Below are positions 1 to 9,267 of a DNA stretch of 16,237 nucleotides, piece by piece; the stretch's first letter is position 1, and each line of letters begins with the position of its first letter. The stretch comes from Gemmatimonadales bacterium. GTDB lineage: Bacteria; Gemmatimonadota; Gemmatimonadetes; Gemmatimonadales; GWC2-71-9. The translations under genes and the position numbers were made by a program. The notes beneath the pieces were generated by a model. That model was given only the letters and a program-made list of their open reading frames with translations, was not told the DNA's origin and searched no databases. The DNA is taken from the NCBI GenBank assembly GCA_038321865.1, contig JBBQFH010000044.1:1-16237 (forward strand), read 5' to 3'.

Positions 1-1
1 C

Positions 2-2035
2 GCGCCGCAGCCCGGCGCGGCCGCGCAGCAGGGCAGTCCGCCGGCTCCGCAGCAGACCAAGGGCGAGAAGAAGAGCAAGACGCCCGCGCTCGATCACTTC
101 TGCCGCGACCTCACGCAGCTCGCGGCCGAGGGACAGCTTGATCCGACGATCGGCCGCGCCAAGGAAATCCAGCGCGTGATGGAAGTGCTCACGCGCCGCA
201 AGAAGAACAATCCTGTGCTCATCGGCGAGCCCGGCGTCGGCAAGACGGCGATCGTCGAAGGGCTGGCGCAGCTCATCGCCAACGGCGAGTGCCCCGAGTC
301 GCTGCGCGAGCATCGCGTGCTGGCGCTGGACATGGCGGCCGTCATCGCCGGAACGAAGTACCGCGGCCAGTTCGAGGAACGGCTCAAGGCCGTCATGAAC
401 GAGATCGCCCAGAACAAGAACATCATCCTGTTCATCGACGAGTTGCATACGCTGGTCGGAGCAGGTGCCGCGGAAGGCGCGATCGACGCGTCCAACATGC
501 TCAAGCCCGCGCTGGCCCGCGGCGAGCTGCAATGCGTCGGCGCGTCGACGCTCAATGAATACCGGAAGTACATCGAGAAGGACGGCGCACTCGAGCGGCG
601 CTTCCAGACCGTGGTGGTCGAGCCGCCGACGGTGCCCGAGACCTTCGAGATCCTCAAGGGGCTGCGGAAGAAATACGAAGACCACCACCGCATCAGCATT
701 CCCGACGAGACCCTCAAGGCCGCCGCTGAGCTGTCGGAGCGTTACATCACCGACCGGTTCCTGCCGGACAAGGCCATTGACGTGATCGACGAGGCAGGCG
801 CACGCGCCCGGTTGGCCTCTCAGGTGCCCCCGGCCGAGGTATCGGAGCTCAAGGCCGCGCTGGAAAAGGTCAATCTGCAGAAGGAGGATGCGGTCCGCGA
901 TCAGAACTTCGAGCGCGCCGCCGCATTGCGTGACCAGGAGCGGGAGCTGCAGAACCAGATCCGGCAGAAGAACGAAGAGTGGGAGAAGGATCGCCAGACG
1001 CGGCGCCCCGTGATCGACGAGGAGGCCATCGCGTTCATCGTGTCTCGCTGGACCGGGATTCCGGTCACGCGGCTGCAGGAAGCCGAAGCGTCGCGCCTGA
1101 TGCGGATGGAGGACGAGCTCCACGATTCGGTGGTGGGCCAGGACGAGGCCATCCGTGCCGTGTCCCGCGCGATCCGCCGCTCCCGGGCGGGGCTGAAGGA
1201 TCCGAACCGCCCGATCGGCTCGTTCATCTTCTCCGGCCCGACCGGTGTCGGCAAGACGGAACTGGCACGCTCGCTGGCGAAGTTTCTCTTCGCCGATGCG
1301 TCGGCGCTGATTCGCGTCGACATGTCGGAATACATGGAGAAGTTTTCCGTCTCCCGCCTGATCGGCGCGCCACCGGGCTATGTCGGCTATGAAGACTCCG
1401 GCACGCTGACCAAGGCGGTACGGCGGAAGCCGTATTCGGTCGTGCTGCTGGACGAGATCGAGAAAGCGCACCCGGATGTCTTCAATATCCTGCTGCAGGT
1501 GCTCGACGAAGGACACCTGACGGACAATTATGGCCGCGTGATCGACTTCAAGAACACGGTCGTGATCATGACGTCCAACGTTGGCGCCCGCGATATCATG
1601 CAGGGCAAGACCCTGGGCTTTCATGGATCGGAAGCGAAGCACGACTTCGAGCGGATGCAGGAGCGGGTCAAGGACGAGATGAACAAGGTGTTCAATCCCG
1701 AGTTCCTCAACCGTCTGGACGATGTGATCGTGTTCCACCCCCTGGACAAGGAGCACATCTCCAAGATCGTCTCCATCCTGCTGAAGGAAGTCCAGCGTCG
1801 CCTGGGCGACGAAGTGCGGCTCACGCCGGCCGCGGTCGACTTTCTCGTGGACCACGGGTATGACCAGAACTTCGGCGCCCGGCCGCTCAAGCGCTCGATT
1901 CAGCGCTACATCGAAGACCCGCTCAGCGAACGCATCCTGATGGGGGAGTTTGGCCGGGGGGACGAGATCGAGGTTGATGTCTCCGAGGATCGCGAGCGCC
2001 TGGTATTCCGCGCAATGTCCGGCCAGCAGGCCTGA
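2..2035 (+). CDS. clpC: ATP-dependent Clp protease ATP-binding subunit, ClpC type (5' end lies outside the window)
   Basis: The frame is open from base 2 ([10 protein letters not shown]...[15 protein letters not shown]...LDPTIGR), so the ORF-track start at 176 is internal. It has two AAA+ modules ([13 protein letters not shown] and [17 protein letters not shown]), a short UVR-type middle domain ([20 protein letters not shown]), a ClpP-docking LGF loop and GARPLKR. Confidence 0.95.
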   Translation, partial: APQPGAAAQQGSPPAPQQTKGEKKSKTPALDHFCRDLTQLAAEGQLDPTIGRAKEIQRVMEVLTRRKKNNPVLIGEPGVGKTAIVEGLAQLIANGECPESLREHRVLALDMAAVIAGTKYRGQFEERLKAVMNEIAQNKNIILFIDELHTLVGAGAAEGAIDASNMLKPALARGELQCVGASTLNEYRKYIEKDGALERRFQTVVVEPPTVPETFEILKGLRKKYEDHHRISIPDETLKAAAELSERYITDRFLPDKAIDVIDEAGARARLASQVPPAEVSELKAALEKVNLQKEDAVRDQNFERAAALRDQERELQNQIRQKNEEWEKDRQTRRPVIDEEAIAFIVSRWTGIPVTRLQEAEASRLMRMEDELHDSVVGQDEAIRAVSRAIRRSRAGLKDPNRPIGSFIFSGPTGVGKTELARSLAKFLFADASALIRVDMSEYMEKFSVSRLIGAPPGYVGYEDSGTLTKAVRRKPYSVVLLDEIEKAHPDVFNILLQVLDEGHLTDNYGRVIDFKNTVVIMTSNVGARDIMQGKTLGFHGSEAKHDFERMQERVKDEMNKVFNPEFLNRLDDVIVFHPLDKEHISKIVSILLKEVQRRLGDEVRLTPAAVDFLVDHGYDQNFGARPLKRSIQRYIEDPLSERILMGEFGRGDEIEVDVSEDRERLVFRAMSGQQA

Positions 2036-2044
2036 GCCGGTTGG

Positions 2045-2076
2045 GCGGCGCCTTCGGACGGCGCCCGCATCTTTTT
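2045..2076 (+). terminator. Possible weak intrinsic terminator or structured spacer between clpC and bamA
   Basis: GGCGCC (2047-2052) can pair with GGCGCC (2060-2065) around a TTCGGAC loop, followed by TCTTTTT at 2070-2076. The stem is short and imperfect. Confidence 0.35.
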
Positions 2077-2085
2077 CCAGACCCC

Positions 2086-4497
2086 ATGCCAAAACGTCTC
2101 GCTGGACTGCTTCTCGTCGTCGTTGCCCTCGCCACGGCTCGTCTCGCCCGTGCGCAGGAACCCGCCGCCAGTCCGGCTCCGCCGATCGACAGCATCACCG
2201 TCGAGGGCAACAAGCGGCTGACGTCAAGCCAGGTTCTGTCCACTGCCGCACTGGTTCCACACTCGGTCATCAACTACCGTGACGTGCAGCGCGCCATCAC
2301 CGCGCTGTTCCGCACCGGCCAGTTCGATGACGTGGCGGTCGATCAGCGAATCGTGGGTGGACGGGCCATCCTCGCGATCACGGTCAAGGAGCGTCCCCTC
2401 CTGGAGAAATGGCTGGTGCAGGGGGTTCAGCGCCTTCCCGAGGCCGACGTGCGCGAGCGGGTGAAGCTGATCGACGGTCGGCCGCTCGACCGGGCGGCGG
2501 TCGAGCACGGGCGCGCCAGCATCGACTCGGTGTACAAGCGGCAGGGCTACTACACTGCATCCGTCAAGGTCACTCAGCTGCTCCAGCCGGACGGCAAGGT
2601 TCGCGTCATCTACGATGTGACCGAGGGCAATCGGGTCGCCATCAGCCAGGTGGTCGTGGACAGCAACACGCATTTCACCGATGCCGAAATCGTGAAGCAC
2701 ATGGGGAGCCGCCCGGAGGGATTCTGGTGGTATCGCAAGGGCGAATATGACGAGCGGAGAGTCGAGGAAGATGTGCGGGACCGGCTGCCGGCTTTTTACG
2801 CCGATCGGGGCTACGTCGACTTTCACGTCACGCGCGACACCCTCGTTGCCGACAGCGCGGGCGGAAAGGCCGTGTTGCACCTGACCGTCGACGAAGGGCC
2901 CGTCTACCGTGTGGGCACCTTCGATGTCAGCGGCAACCGCCGGTTTTCGACGGAAGAGTTGCTGCAGCTCTATCCCTTTGCGACGGCTCAGGCGCGAACG
3001 GCGGCCGACAGCGCGGCCGGCCCCGTCTCCTCAGGCCGCCCCTTCAGCCAGGCCGATTGGGACGCCGCCACGTCGAAGGTGCAGGATGCGTATTCCAACA
3101 ACGGCTACATCTACGCCCGCGTGGAACCAACCGAGCGCCGCCGGACCGGCCCCGATGGCCAGCCGATCGTCGACCTCGCGTGGACGATCCAGGAAGGCCA
3201 GATCGCGACGATCAACAAGATCAACATCGTTGGCAACGATGTGACGCACGAGCGCGTCATTCGCGAAGCCATTGTCCTGCTCCCCGGCGCCGTCTTCAGC
3301 CGTGACCTCCTCATTCGCTCGTATCAGAACGTGGGCAACCTCGGCTTCTTTCAGCAGCCCATGGCGACCCCGTCGGTGGACCCGGTGCCGGGCAGCCCTG
3401 ACGTCGACATCACCTTTCGAGTCGAGGAGAAGCGCACCGGCAACATCAACTTCGGCGCCTCGCTCGGCCAGGGCACCGGCGTGGGCGGATTTCTCGGCCT
3501 GGAGGAGCCCAATCTCTTCGGCCGGGGCAAGCGTGGCCGTCTGCAGTGGCAGTTCGGCACCAACATCAACGATTTCACGCTGAGTTACAGCGACCCGGCA
3601 ATTCGGGAGAGCCGGATCTCCGGCACGGTCGCCGTGTACGATTCGCGCCAGCGATACACGATCAAGGACCTCGGGCAGCGCCGGCAGATCGGCGGGAACC
3701 TCCAGCTCGGGCTCCCGTTCTTCGGGTCGCGGTACACCCGGATTTTCGGAAGCTACGGACTACAGCGCATTCGTTACTCCGACGGCTCGGAGGACATTCA
3801 GAAGAATTTCGTCTGCAACAACTGCACGCGGTCGACGCTGGGAGCGTCGCTGCTTCGCGATACGAGAGTGGGACTGCCCTTCGCGACCGGAGGGTCCCAG
3901 ACCACCGTGAGCGGTGAGCTGAACGGCGGCTTTCTCGGTGGAACGGGCCACTATCAGAAAGTGGACGTGGAGGGCCGCTGGTATGCCCCACTGGGGACGC
4001 TGGGCGGCTCCGGCACCCAGTTCGGCGGCGGCGTGCAGTTCGTCCTGGGGCTGACCGCCAAGTCCGGCTTCGTGTTCGGTGATGCACACAACTTTTTCAC
4101 GGAGCTGTATACCCTTGGTGGCGTGCAGTTTGGCGCCCCCCTCCGTGGCTACACCGAATGCTCGATCACGCCGAACGGTTACGACGCCTCCGCGGGAGGC
4201 TCGAGCTGCAGTCCCGCGGCCTTTGGCAAGGCTTATGCATCCTTCACGGTGGAAGCCGGCGCCCGGATGAGCCAGGCGCTCTACTTCAGCACCTTCTTCG
4301 ATGCGGGCAACGTCTATCGGACGGCCCGCCAGTACGATCCCACCCGGCTGTTTCGCGGAGCCGGCTTCGGGGTGGCGCTGGTATCGCCACTGGGCCCGAT
4401 CGGCGTGGACGTCGGGTATGGCTTCGACCGCGTCGACCTCCAGGGCAATCCGAATCCGGGGTGGCAGCTTCATTTCAAGATCGGCAACTTCTTCTAG
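2086..4497 (+). CDS. bamA: Outer membrane protein assembly factor BamA (Omp85 family), 803 aa
   Basis: ATG at 2086 gives a Sec signal peptide (MPKRLAGLLLVVVALATARLARA-QE). It has repeated POTRA motifs (ITVEGNKR, LFRTGQF, YKRQGY, YADRGY, YSNNGY, INIVGN), a barrel start (VEEKRTGNINFGAS...EPNLFGRG), the loop-6 LRGY motif and a C-terminal SPLGPI...HFKIGNFF ending in Phe. Confidence 0.95.
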   Translation: MPKRLAGLLLVVVALATARLARAQEPAASPAPPIDSITVEGNKRLTSSQVLSTAALVPHSVINYRDVQRAITALFRTGQFDDVAVDQRIVGGRAILAITVKERPLLEKWLVQGVQRLPEADVRERVKLIDGRPLDRAAVEHGRASIDSVYKRQGYYTASVKVTQLLQPDGKVRVIYDVTEGNRVAISQVVVDSNTHFTDAEIVKHMGSRPEGFWWYRKGEYDERRVEEDVRDRLPAFYADRGYVDFHVTRDTLVADSAGGKAVLHLTVDEGPVYRVGTFDVSGNRRFSTEELLQLYPFATAQARTAADSAAGPVSSGRPFSQADWDAATSKVQDAYSNNGYIYARVEPTERRRTGPDGQPIVDLAWTIQEGQIATINKINIVGNDVTHERVIREAIVLLPGAVFSRDLLIRSYQNVGNLGFFQQPMATPSVDPVPGSPDVDITFRVEEKRTGNINFGASLGQGTGVGGFLGLEEPNLFGRGKRGRLQWQFGTNINDFTLSYSDPAIRESRISGTVAVYDSRQRYTIKDLGQRRQIGGNLQLGLPFFGSRYTRIFGSYGLQRIRYSDGSEDIQKNFVCNNCTRSTLGASLLRDTRVGLPFATGGSQTTVSGELNGGFLGGTGHYQKVDVEGRWYAPLGTLGGSGTQFGGGVQFVLGLTAKSGFVFGDAHNFFTELYTLGGVQFGAPLRGYTECSITPNGYDASAGGSSCSPAAFGKAYASFTVEAGARMSQALYFSTFFDAGNVYRTARQYDPTRLFRGAGFGVALVSPLGPIGVDVGYGFDRVDLQGNPNPGWQLHFKIGNFF

Positions 4498-4530
4498 CAG
4501 CATGCGGATCGACCTCAACGGGAGTACAGC

Positions 4531-5073
4531 ATGAAGTTCGTCGTGACAGGGACCCTCGCCGTTCTCGCTGCCCTCACCCTCGGCGGCAGCACGCCGGTGA
4601 CGGCACAGGCTACGGCCGCGGGAACGAAGATCGCCTTCGTCAACTCGCAGAAGATTCTCAAGGAAACGCCGGGCTACGCGCAGGCGGAGACGACGTTCAC
4701 CCGGGAACTCGCCACCTTTCGAACCGAAGTCGAGCAGCTTCAGGCAAAGCTCGATTCATCCGCGGCGGATTTTCAGCAGCAGGGCACACTGTTGAGCCCG
4801 AGCGCGCGGGAGGCGAAGCGGAAACTGCTCGAGACCCAGCAGTCGCAGCTGGAGCAGCGCACCCAGGATCTCCAGCAGCGGGCCGCCACGCGTGAGCGCG
4901 AGCTGCTGGACCCAATTCAGAACCGGGTGTCAGCCGTCGTGGAGCAGATTCGCGCCGCCGGGGGCTACGCCATGGTGTTCGATGTGGGAACGCCGGGGAC
5001 GTCGGTCGTGGCGGCGGACAAATCGCTCGACCTGAGCGACCGGGTCATCGCCCAGCTGAAGAGGGGCATGTAG
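4531..5073 (+). CDS. skp: Skp/OmpH periplasmic chaperone
   Basis: GGGAG RBS, signal peptide, KIAFVNSQKIL N-terminal strand, long Gln/Glu-rich coiled coil, GYAMVFD and DLSDRVI C-terminal motifs. Lies directly after bamA. Confidence 0.92.
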   Translation: MKFVVTGTLAVLAALTLGGSTPVTAQATAAGTKIAFVNSQKILKETPGYAQAETTFTRELATFRTEVEQLQAKLDSSAADFQQQGTLLSPSAREAKRKLLETQQSQLEQRTQDLQQRAATRERELLDPIQNRVSAVVEQIRAAGGYAMVFDVGTPGTSVVAADKSLDLSDRVIAQLKRGM

Positions 5074-5101
5074 GCGCGGGCCCGCGCGCTGTTCCACCGC
5101 T

Positions 5102-5136
5102 CAGGCGGCCGCCGACGATGTCGGCGGCCGCCTGTT
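5102..5136 (+). terminator. Perfect 15-bp stem-loop between skp and fabZ (terminator, stabiliser or REP-like element)
   Basis: CAGGCGGCCGCCGAC (5102-5116), GAT loop, GTCGGCGGCCGCCTG (5120-5134). Only TT follows, so the U-tract is weak. Confidence 0.5.
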
Positions 5137-5175
5137 GCTGAGGACACCCTGAGTTCGCCCGCATCCGGGAGCCCC

Positions 5176-5613
5176 ATGAGCGCCATCGACATTCAGCGCA
5201 TCCTTGAACTCCTGCCGCACCGCTACCCGTTCCTCCTGGTCGACCGTATCCTCGAGGTCGAGGGCACCACGCGCATCGTCGGCCTCAAGAACGTCTCGAT
5301 CAACGAGCCGTTCTTCCAGGGACATTTCCCCGGGCACCCGATCATGCCGGGCGTCCTGATCGTCGAGGCCATGGCGCAGGTGGGCGGAGTGCTCGCCATG
5401 GCAGCGATCGATCGCCCGGAAGACAAGGTGGTCTATTTCATGTCGCTCGATAACGTCAAGTTCCGGCGGCCCGTCGTGCCCGGCGACCAGCTTCGCATGG
5501 AGGTCGAGATGCTGCAGAATCGCGGCCGGACCTGCCGCCTCAGAGGGATGGCATATGTCGATGGAGTGCTGGTCGCCGAGGCGGAAATGATGGCCCGTGT
5601 CGTCGATCGCTGA
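5176..5613 (+). CDS. fabZ: 3-hydroxyacyl-ACP dehydratase FabZ (stand-alone, 145 aa)
   Basis: [35 protein letters not shown] (catalytic His and Glu present) and [20 protein letters not shown] at 5167-5171. Confidence 0.96.
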   Translation: MSAIDIQRILELLPHRYPFLLVDRILEVEGTTRIVGLKNVSINEPFFQGHFPGHPIMPGVLIVEAMAQVGGVLAMAAIDRPEDKVVYFMSLDNVKFRRPVVPGDQLRMEVEMLQNRGRTCRLRGMAYVDGVLVAEAEMMARVVDR

Positions 5614-5672
5614 GCCGGTTAGATTCCGTTCGCCGCTCGGGCGGCGCATCCCGTGCGTGCGGAGCTGAGGCG

Positions 5673-6716
5673 ATGCCACGGCGGCGTGGGGATAGTCACC
5701 GGCTGATACGCTGGCTGTGGACCAGCTCGCGAGCCGACGCGCGGGCCGCCCGCATGGTGCTGCTGCCGGCCTCGGGAGTCTGGCAGTCGGTCATGGCGGC
5801 TCGGGAGCGGGCCTACAGCCGCGGCTGGCTGCCGACCGTTCGCCTGCCGCTGCCGACCGTTGGGATCGGAAACCTGACCGTGGGGGGCTCCGGCCGCTCC
5901 GCCGTGACGGCCTGGGCGGCACGGCATTTCGCCGCGTCGGGAGTGCGCGCCGGTCTGCTGCTGCACGAATCGCCGGGAATCGCCGAGGCGATCGCGCGGT
6001 CGATTCCCGCGGCGGTCGTCGTCAATCGCAGCGATCGTGGGGCAGCGGCCCAGGCCGCAGCGGCCGAAGGCGCCGCGGTTCTCATTCTGGACGACGCGTT
6101 CCAGCGGCTCGGCATCGGCCGCGACCTCAACATCGCGGTGGTGAGCGCGGAAACGACGCGCGCCGTGGCGTGGGCACTGCCGGCGGGTCCATGGCGAGAG
6201 GGCCGGCGACTGGGCCTGCGCCGGGCGGATGCAGTCGTCATCACGCGGCGCCGGGCGGATCCGGAAGCAGCGTCCGCCCTCGCGGCGGAGCTGGCCGGTA
6301 TCGTGCGAGGACCGGTCGCCATCGCGCAGCTGGGGCTGCTGCAGCTGCGGGGACTCGTCAGCGGGACGGTGTATCCCGCCTCACTGCTCAAGGGCAAGCG
6401 GGTGGTGGCTGCCACTGGCCTCGCCGATCCCGACGCCTTCGTCGCGCACGTCAAGTCGGCTGGAGGGGCGGTGCAGGTCGCGACCTGGAAGGATCAGGCT
6501 GAGCTGCGCGACGAGGACGTGGCCTGGCTGGCGCATGCCGCCCGTCGCGCCGACCACGTCGTCGTCACCGAACGAGATGCCGTCCGGCTCCGCGACCGAT
6601 GGGCCGCTACGGTGCCTGAGCCGCTCGTCGCCGTCATGGAGCTCACGTGGGAACACAACGGCGGTGCGATCGCCGAGGCGCTGGACCGCCTCGCGGGCCG
6701 TGCCGCCCATTCGTAA
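5673..6716 (+). CDS. lpxK: Tetraacyldisaccharide 4'-kinase (LpxK)-like protein with degenerate catalytic motifs
   Basis: LpxK scaffold motifs occur in order: N-terminal helix (LLPASGVWQSVMAARERAYSRG), PTVGIGNLTVGGSG, LILDDAFQ, RDLNI, LPAGPWRE, TGLADPDAF and VTERDAVRL. Walker A reads GSGRSA rather than GxGKTP, and the RGYG/DE and DHH motifs are replaced. Confidence 0.8.
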   Translation: MPRRRGDSHRLIRWLWTSSRADARAARMVLLPASGVWQSVMAARERAYSRGWLPTVRLPLPTVGIGNLTVGGSGRSAVTAWAARHFAASGVRAGLLLHESPGIAEAIARSIPAAVVVNRSDRGAAAQAAAAEGAAVLILDDAFQRLGIGRDLNIAVVSAETTRAVAWALPAGPWREGRRLGLRRADAVVITRRRADPEAASALAAELAGIVRGPVAIAQLGLLQLRGLVSGTVYPASLLKGKRVVAATGLADPDAFVAHVKSAGGAVQVATWKDQAELRDEDVAWLAHAARRADHVVVTERDAVRLRDRWAATVPEPLVAVMELTWEHNGGAIAEALDRLAGRAAHS

Positions 6717-6752
6717 GTTACCTCTCGCTGGCCGGCGGGGACCGGAGAAATC

Positions 6753-8057
6753 ATGACCACTGCAATGCCGAAGGACAGCCCGCTGATTCGCCCCGACAAG
6801 GAGACGTTCCTCTCGGAAGAGAACCCGTTCGAATCGATGATGTCGCGATTCGATGACGCGGCGAAACGCCTCAATCTCGACCCAGGCCTCTACAAGATCC
6901 TGCGCAATCCGGAGAAACAGATCATCGTGTCGGTGCCGGTTCCGCGCGACAACGGCGAGATCGACGTGTACACCGGGTACCGGGTGCTCTACAACACGTC
7001 GCGCGGCCCAGCCAAGGGCGGGATCCGGTTCGACATGAACGTGACGCTGGACGAGGTGAAGGCCCTGGCGGCATGGATGACGTGGAAGTGTGCGGTGGTC
7101 AACATCCCGTTCGGCGGCGCCAAGGGCGGCGTCATCTGCGACCCAGGCACCATGTCGAACGGTGAGCTGGAGCGGCTCACGCGACGCTACACCTCGGCCA
7201 TCATCGACACCCTCGGCCCTGACTCGGACGTGCCGGCGCCGGACGTGAATACGAATGAACGGGTCATGGCGTGGATCATGGATACCTACTCCATGCACAA
7301 GCGCCACACGGTGACCGCTGTCGTCACCGGCAAGCCGGTCGAGATGGGCGGCTCGCTTGGCCGCCGCGAGGCCACCGGCCGCGGCTGCATGATCGTCACG
7401 CGCGAGGCGCTGAAGAAGCTGGGCATGCCGATCAAGGGCGCACGCGTCGTCGTGCAGGGTTTCGGCAACGTCGGATCGATCGCCGCGCAGCTCCTGGAAG
7501 CCGAGGGCGCCAGGATCGTGGCGGTCAGTGACAAATCGGGCGGCCTGCATAATCAGGCTGGCCTCGACGTGAATGACGTGCTCGCGTGGGTCCGGGAGAA
7601 GAAGCTGCTTCGGGGATATCCGAAGGCGGAGGCAGTCAGCAACGAGGAGCTGCTGACGATCCCGTGTGAGGTCCTGCTGCCGGCAGCGCTGGAAAACGTC
7701 ATCACCAGCAAGAACGCCAAGGATATTCACGCCAAGATCATCTGCGAGGGCGCCAACGGCCCGACAACGGCCGGGGCGGACAAGATCCTCGAGGACAAGG
7801 GCGTGTTCGTGATCCCGGACATTCTGGCGAACGCCGGCGGGGTTACGGTAAGCTATTTCGAGTGGGTCCAGGACCGCGGCGGGTATTTCTGGGAAGAAGA
7901 GGTCGTGAACCAGCGCCTCGAGCGCATCATGGTCCGGTCGTTCGACGAGGTCGCCGCCATGGCGGGCAAGCACTCCGTGAGCATGCGGGTCGGCGCCTAC
8001 ATGCTCTCGATCGAACGGGTGGCGGCCGTGCACCGCCTGCGCGGGCTGTATGCCTGA
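6753..8057 (+). CDS. gdhA: Glu/Leu/Phe/Val dehydrogenase, most likely NAD(P)-dependent glutamate dehydrogenase
   Basis: [48 protein letters not shown] nucleotide loop, EGANGPT and [20 protein letters not shown] upstream. Confidence 0.93.
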   Translation: MTTAMPKDSPLIRPDKETFLSEENPFESMMSRFDDAAKRLNLDPGLYKILRNPEKQIIVSVPVPRDNGEIDVYTGYRVLYNTSRGPAKGGIRFDMNVTLDEVKALAAWMTWKCAVVNIPFGGAKGGVICDPGTMSNGELERLTRRYTSAIIDTLGPDSDVPAPDVNTNERVMAWIMDTYSMHKRHTVTAVVTGKPVEMGGSLGRREATGRGCMIVTREALKKLGMPIKGARVVVQGFGNVGSIAAQLLEAEGARIVAVSDKSGGLHNQAGLDVNDVLAWVREKKLLRGYPKAEAVSNEELLTIPCEVLLPAALENVITSKNAKDIHAKIICEGANGPTTAGADKILEDKGVFVIPDILANAGGVTVSYFEWVQDRGGYFWEEEVVNQRLERIMVRSFDEVAAMAGKHSVSMRVGAYMLSIERVAAVHRLRGLYA

Positions 8058-8521
8058 TGGACCTCGCGCTCCTGGCGGTCGGCCGGCTGCGGCCGTGCTA
8101 CCGCGAGGCGTGTGACGACTACCTTCGCCGGCTCACCCGCTACGTCCGCCTCGCCGAGCACGAGGTGCGGGAGGCGACCCGCGCGCCCACCCAGCGCGCG
8201 CAGCGAGCCGACGAAGCGGCGGCACTGGGCCAGCGGCTGGCGCCCGGAGCAACGCTCGTTGCTCTCGCGCGGGAGGGGCGTCCATGGACCAGCGTGGAGC
8301 TTGCGCAGCAGCTCGAGCGCTGGCTGATAGACGCGCACCCGCTCGCATTCGTCATTGGCGGGTCGAACGGGCTCGACCCCGAATTCATCAGCCGCGCGCG
8401 GGTTGCCTGGAGCCTGGGCCCACTGACCCTGCCGCACGAGCTTGCGCGCGTAGTCGTCACGGAGCAGCTGTACCGCGCGTTCACCATTCTCCGCGGCGAA
8501 CCCTACCACAAGGGGCGCTGA
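8057..8521 (+). CDS. rlmH: 23S rRNA pseudouridine-1915 N3-methyltransferase (SPOUT)
   Basis: The start overlaps the gdh stop (TGATG). Motifs LLAVGR, FVIGGSNGL, SLGPLTLPHELARVVVTEQLYRA and GEPYHK are characteristic of RlmH. Confidence 0.95.
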   Translation: MDLALLAVGRLRPCYREACDDYLRRLTRYVRLAEHEVREATRAPTQRAQRADEAAALGQRLAPGATLVALAREGRPWTSVELAQQLERWLIDAHPLAFVIGGSNGLDPEFISRARVAWSLGPLTLPHELARVVVTEQLYRAFTILRGEPYHKGR

Positions 8522-8550
8522 GCGCCCGTCCACCCTCGATCCGGCGGCCG

Positions 8551-9267
8551 ATGACGGAATGGTTTGAGGAGTGGTTTGGCGAGGAGTACCTCGCGCTGTA
8601 TCCGCATCGCGATGAGGCGGATGCCATTCGGCTGATCTCCCTCATCCGCCGGGTGCTGCCGTGGGAGCCGGGCTGGCAGGTGCTCGACGTTGCCTGCGGA
8701 GCGGGGCGTCACGCGCGGGCCCTCGTCGACGCGGGAGCGACGTGCTTCGGCCTGGACCTGTCCGCGACACTCCTCCGCCGGGCGCGGGAGTTCGCCGGTG
8801 TCCCGCTCATCCGCGCCGACATGCGGCAACTCCCGGTCCGGCCCCGATCGATGCACCTCACCGTGAATCTGTTCACCAGCTTCGGCTACTTCGAATCGGA
8901 CGACGAGCACCGGGGCGCGCTCGCGGAGATGGCGGACACGCTACGTCCCGAAGGCTGGCTCGTGCTGGACTTTCTCAATGCGGACATGGTTCGGACCCGG
9001 CTCGTGCCCGAGGAGCAGGGGTCGCTCGGCGGCAAGCCGGTCCGCATCACACGAGAGCTGGCGGACGGTGGTCGCTTCGTGGTCAAGACGATCGCGACTG
9101 CCGACGGCCGGACCTACCGGGAACGGGTCCGACTGCTGTCGCGCGAGTCGCTCCGGGAGATGTTCCGCTGCGCGGGAGTGACCGTCGTCCACGAGTTCGG
9201 TGACTACGCGGGGGGGCCGGTCGGCACGGACGCGCCCCGCGTGCTCCTCATGGGACAGCTCGCGTGA
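8551..9267 (+). CDS. Class I SAM-dependent methyltransferase (candidate bacillithiol N-methyltransferase)
   Basis: VLDVACGAGRH (motif I), GLDLS, RADMR, NLFTSFGYF and LRPEGWLVLD, with an N-terminal WFEEWF..EYLALYPHRD. The stop overlaps the bshC start (GTGA). Confidence 0.88.
   Translation: MTEWFEEWFGEEYLALYPHRDEADAIRLISLIRRVLPWEPGWQVLDVACGAGRHARALVDAGATCFGLDLSATLLRRAREFAGVPLIRADMRQLPVRPRSMHLTVNLFTSFGYFESDDEHRGALAEMADTLRPEGWLVLDFLNADMVRTRLVPEEQGSLGGKPVRITRELADGGRFVVKTIATADGRTYRERVRLLSRESLREMFRCAGVTVVHEFGDYAGGPVGTDAPRVLLMGQLA

Noticed and set aside
5071..5178. skp, the spacer and fabZ share one frame, separated by a single TAG with a downstream hairpin (possible readthrough)
   Set aside because: Thirty-four stop-free codons are unremarkable at this GC content. 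fabZ has its own RBS, and fusing exported Skp to cytoplasmic FabZ makes little sense.
5614..5672. Possible lpxA/lpxB remnant between fabZ and lpxK
   Set aside because: I see no hexapeptide repeat or other recognisable residue pattern in 59 nt.
5828..5861. 13-bp direct repeat GCTGCCGACCGTT within lpxK
   Set aside because: It encodes LPTV twice in frame and occurs only as two copies. It is not an array or a target-site duplication.
6381..8033. 550-aa antisense ORF opposite gdhA
   Set aside because: It has no recognisable motifs. Long stop-free antisense frames are expected opposite codon-biased high-GC genes.
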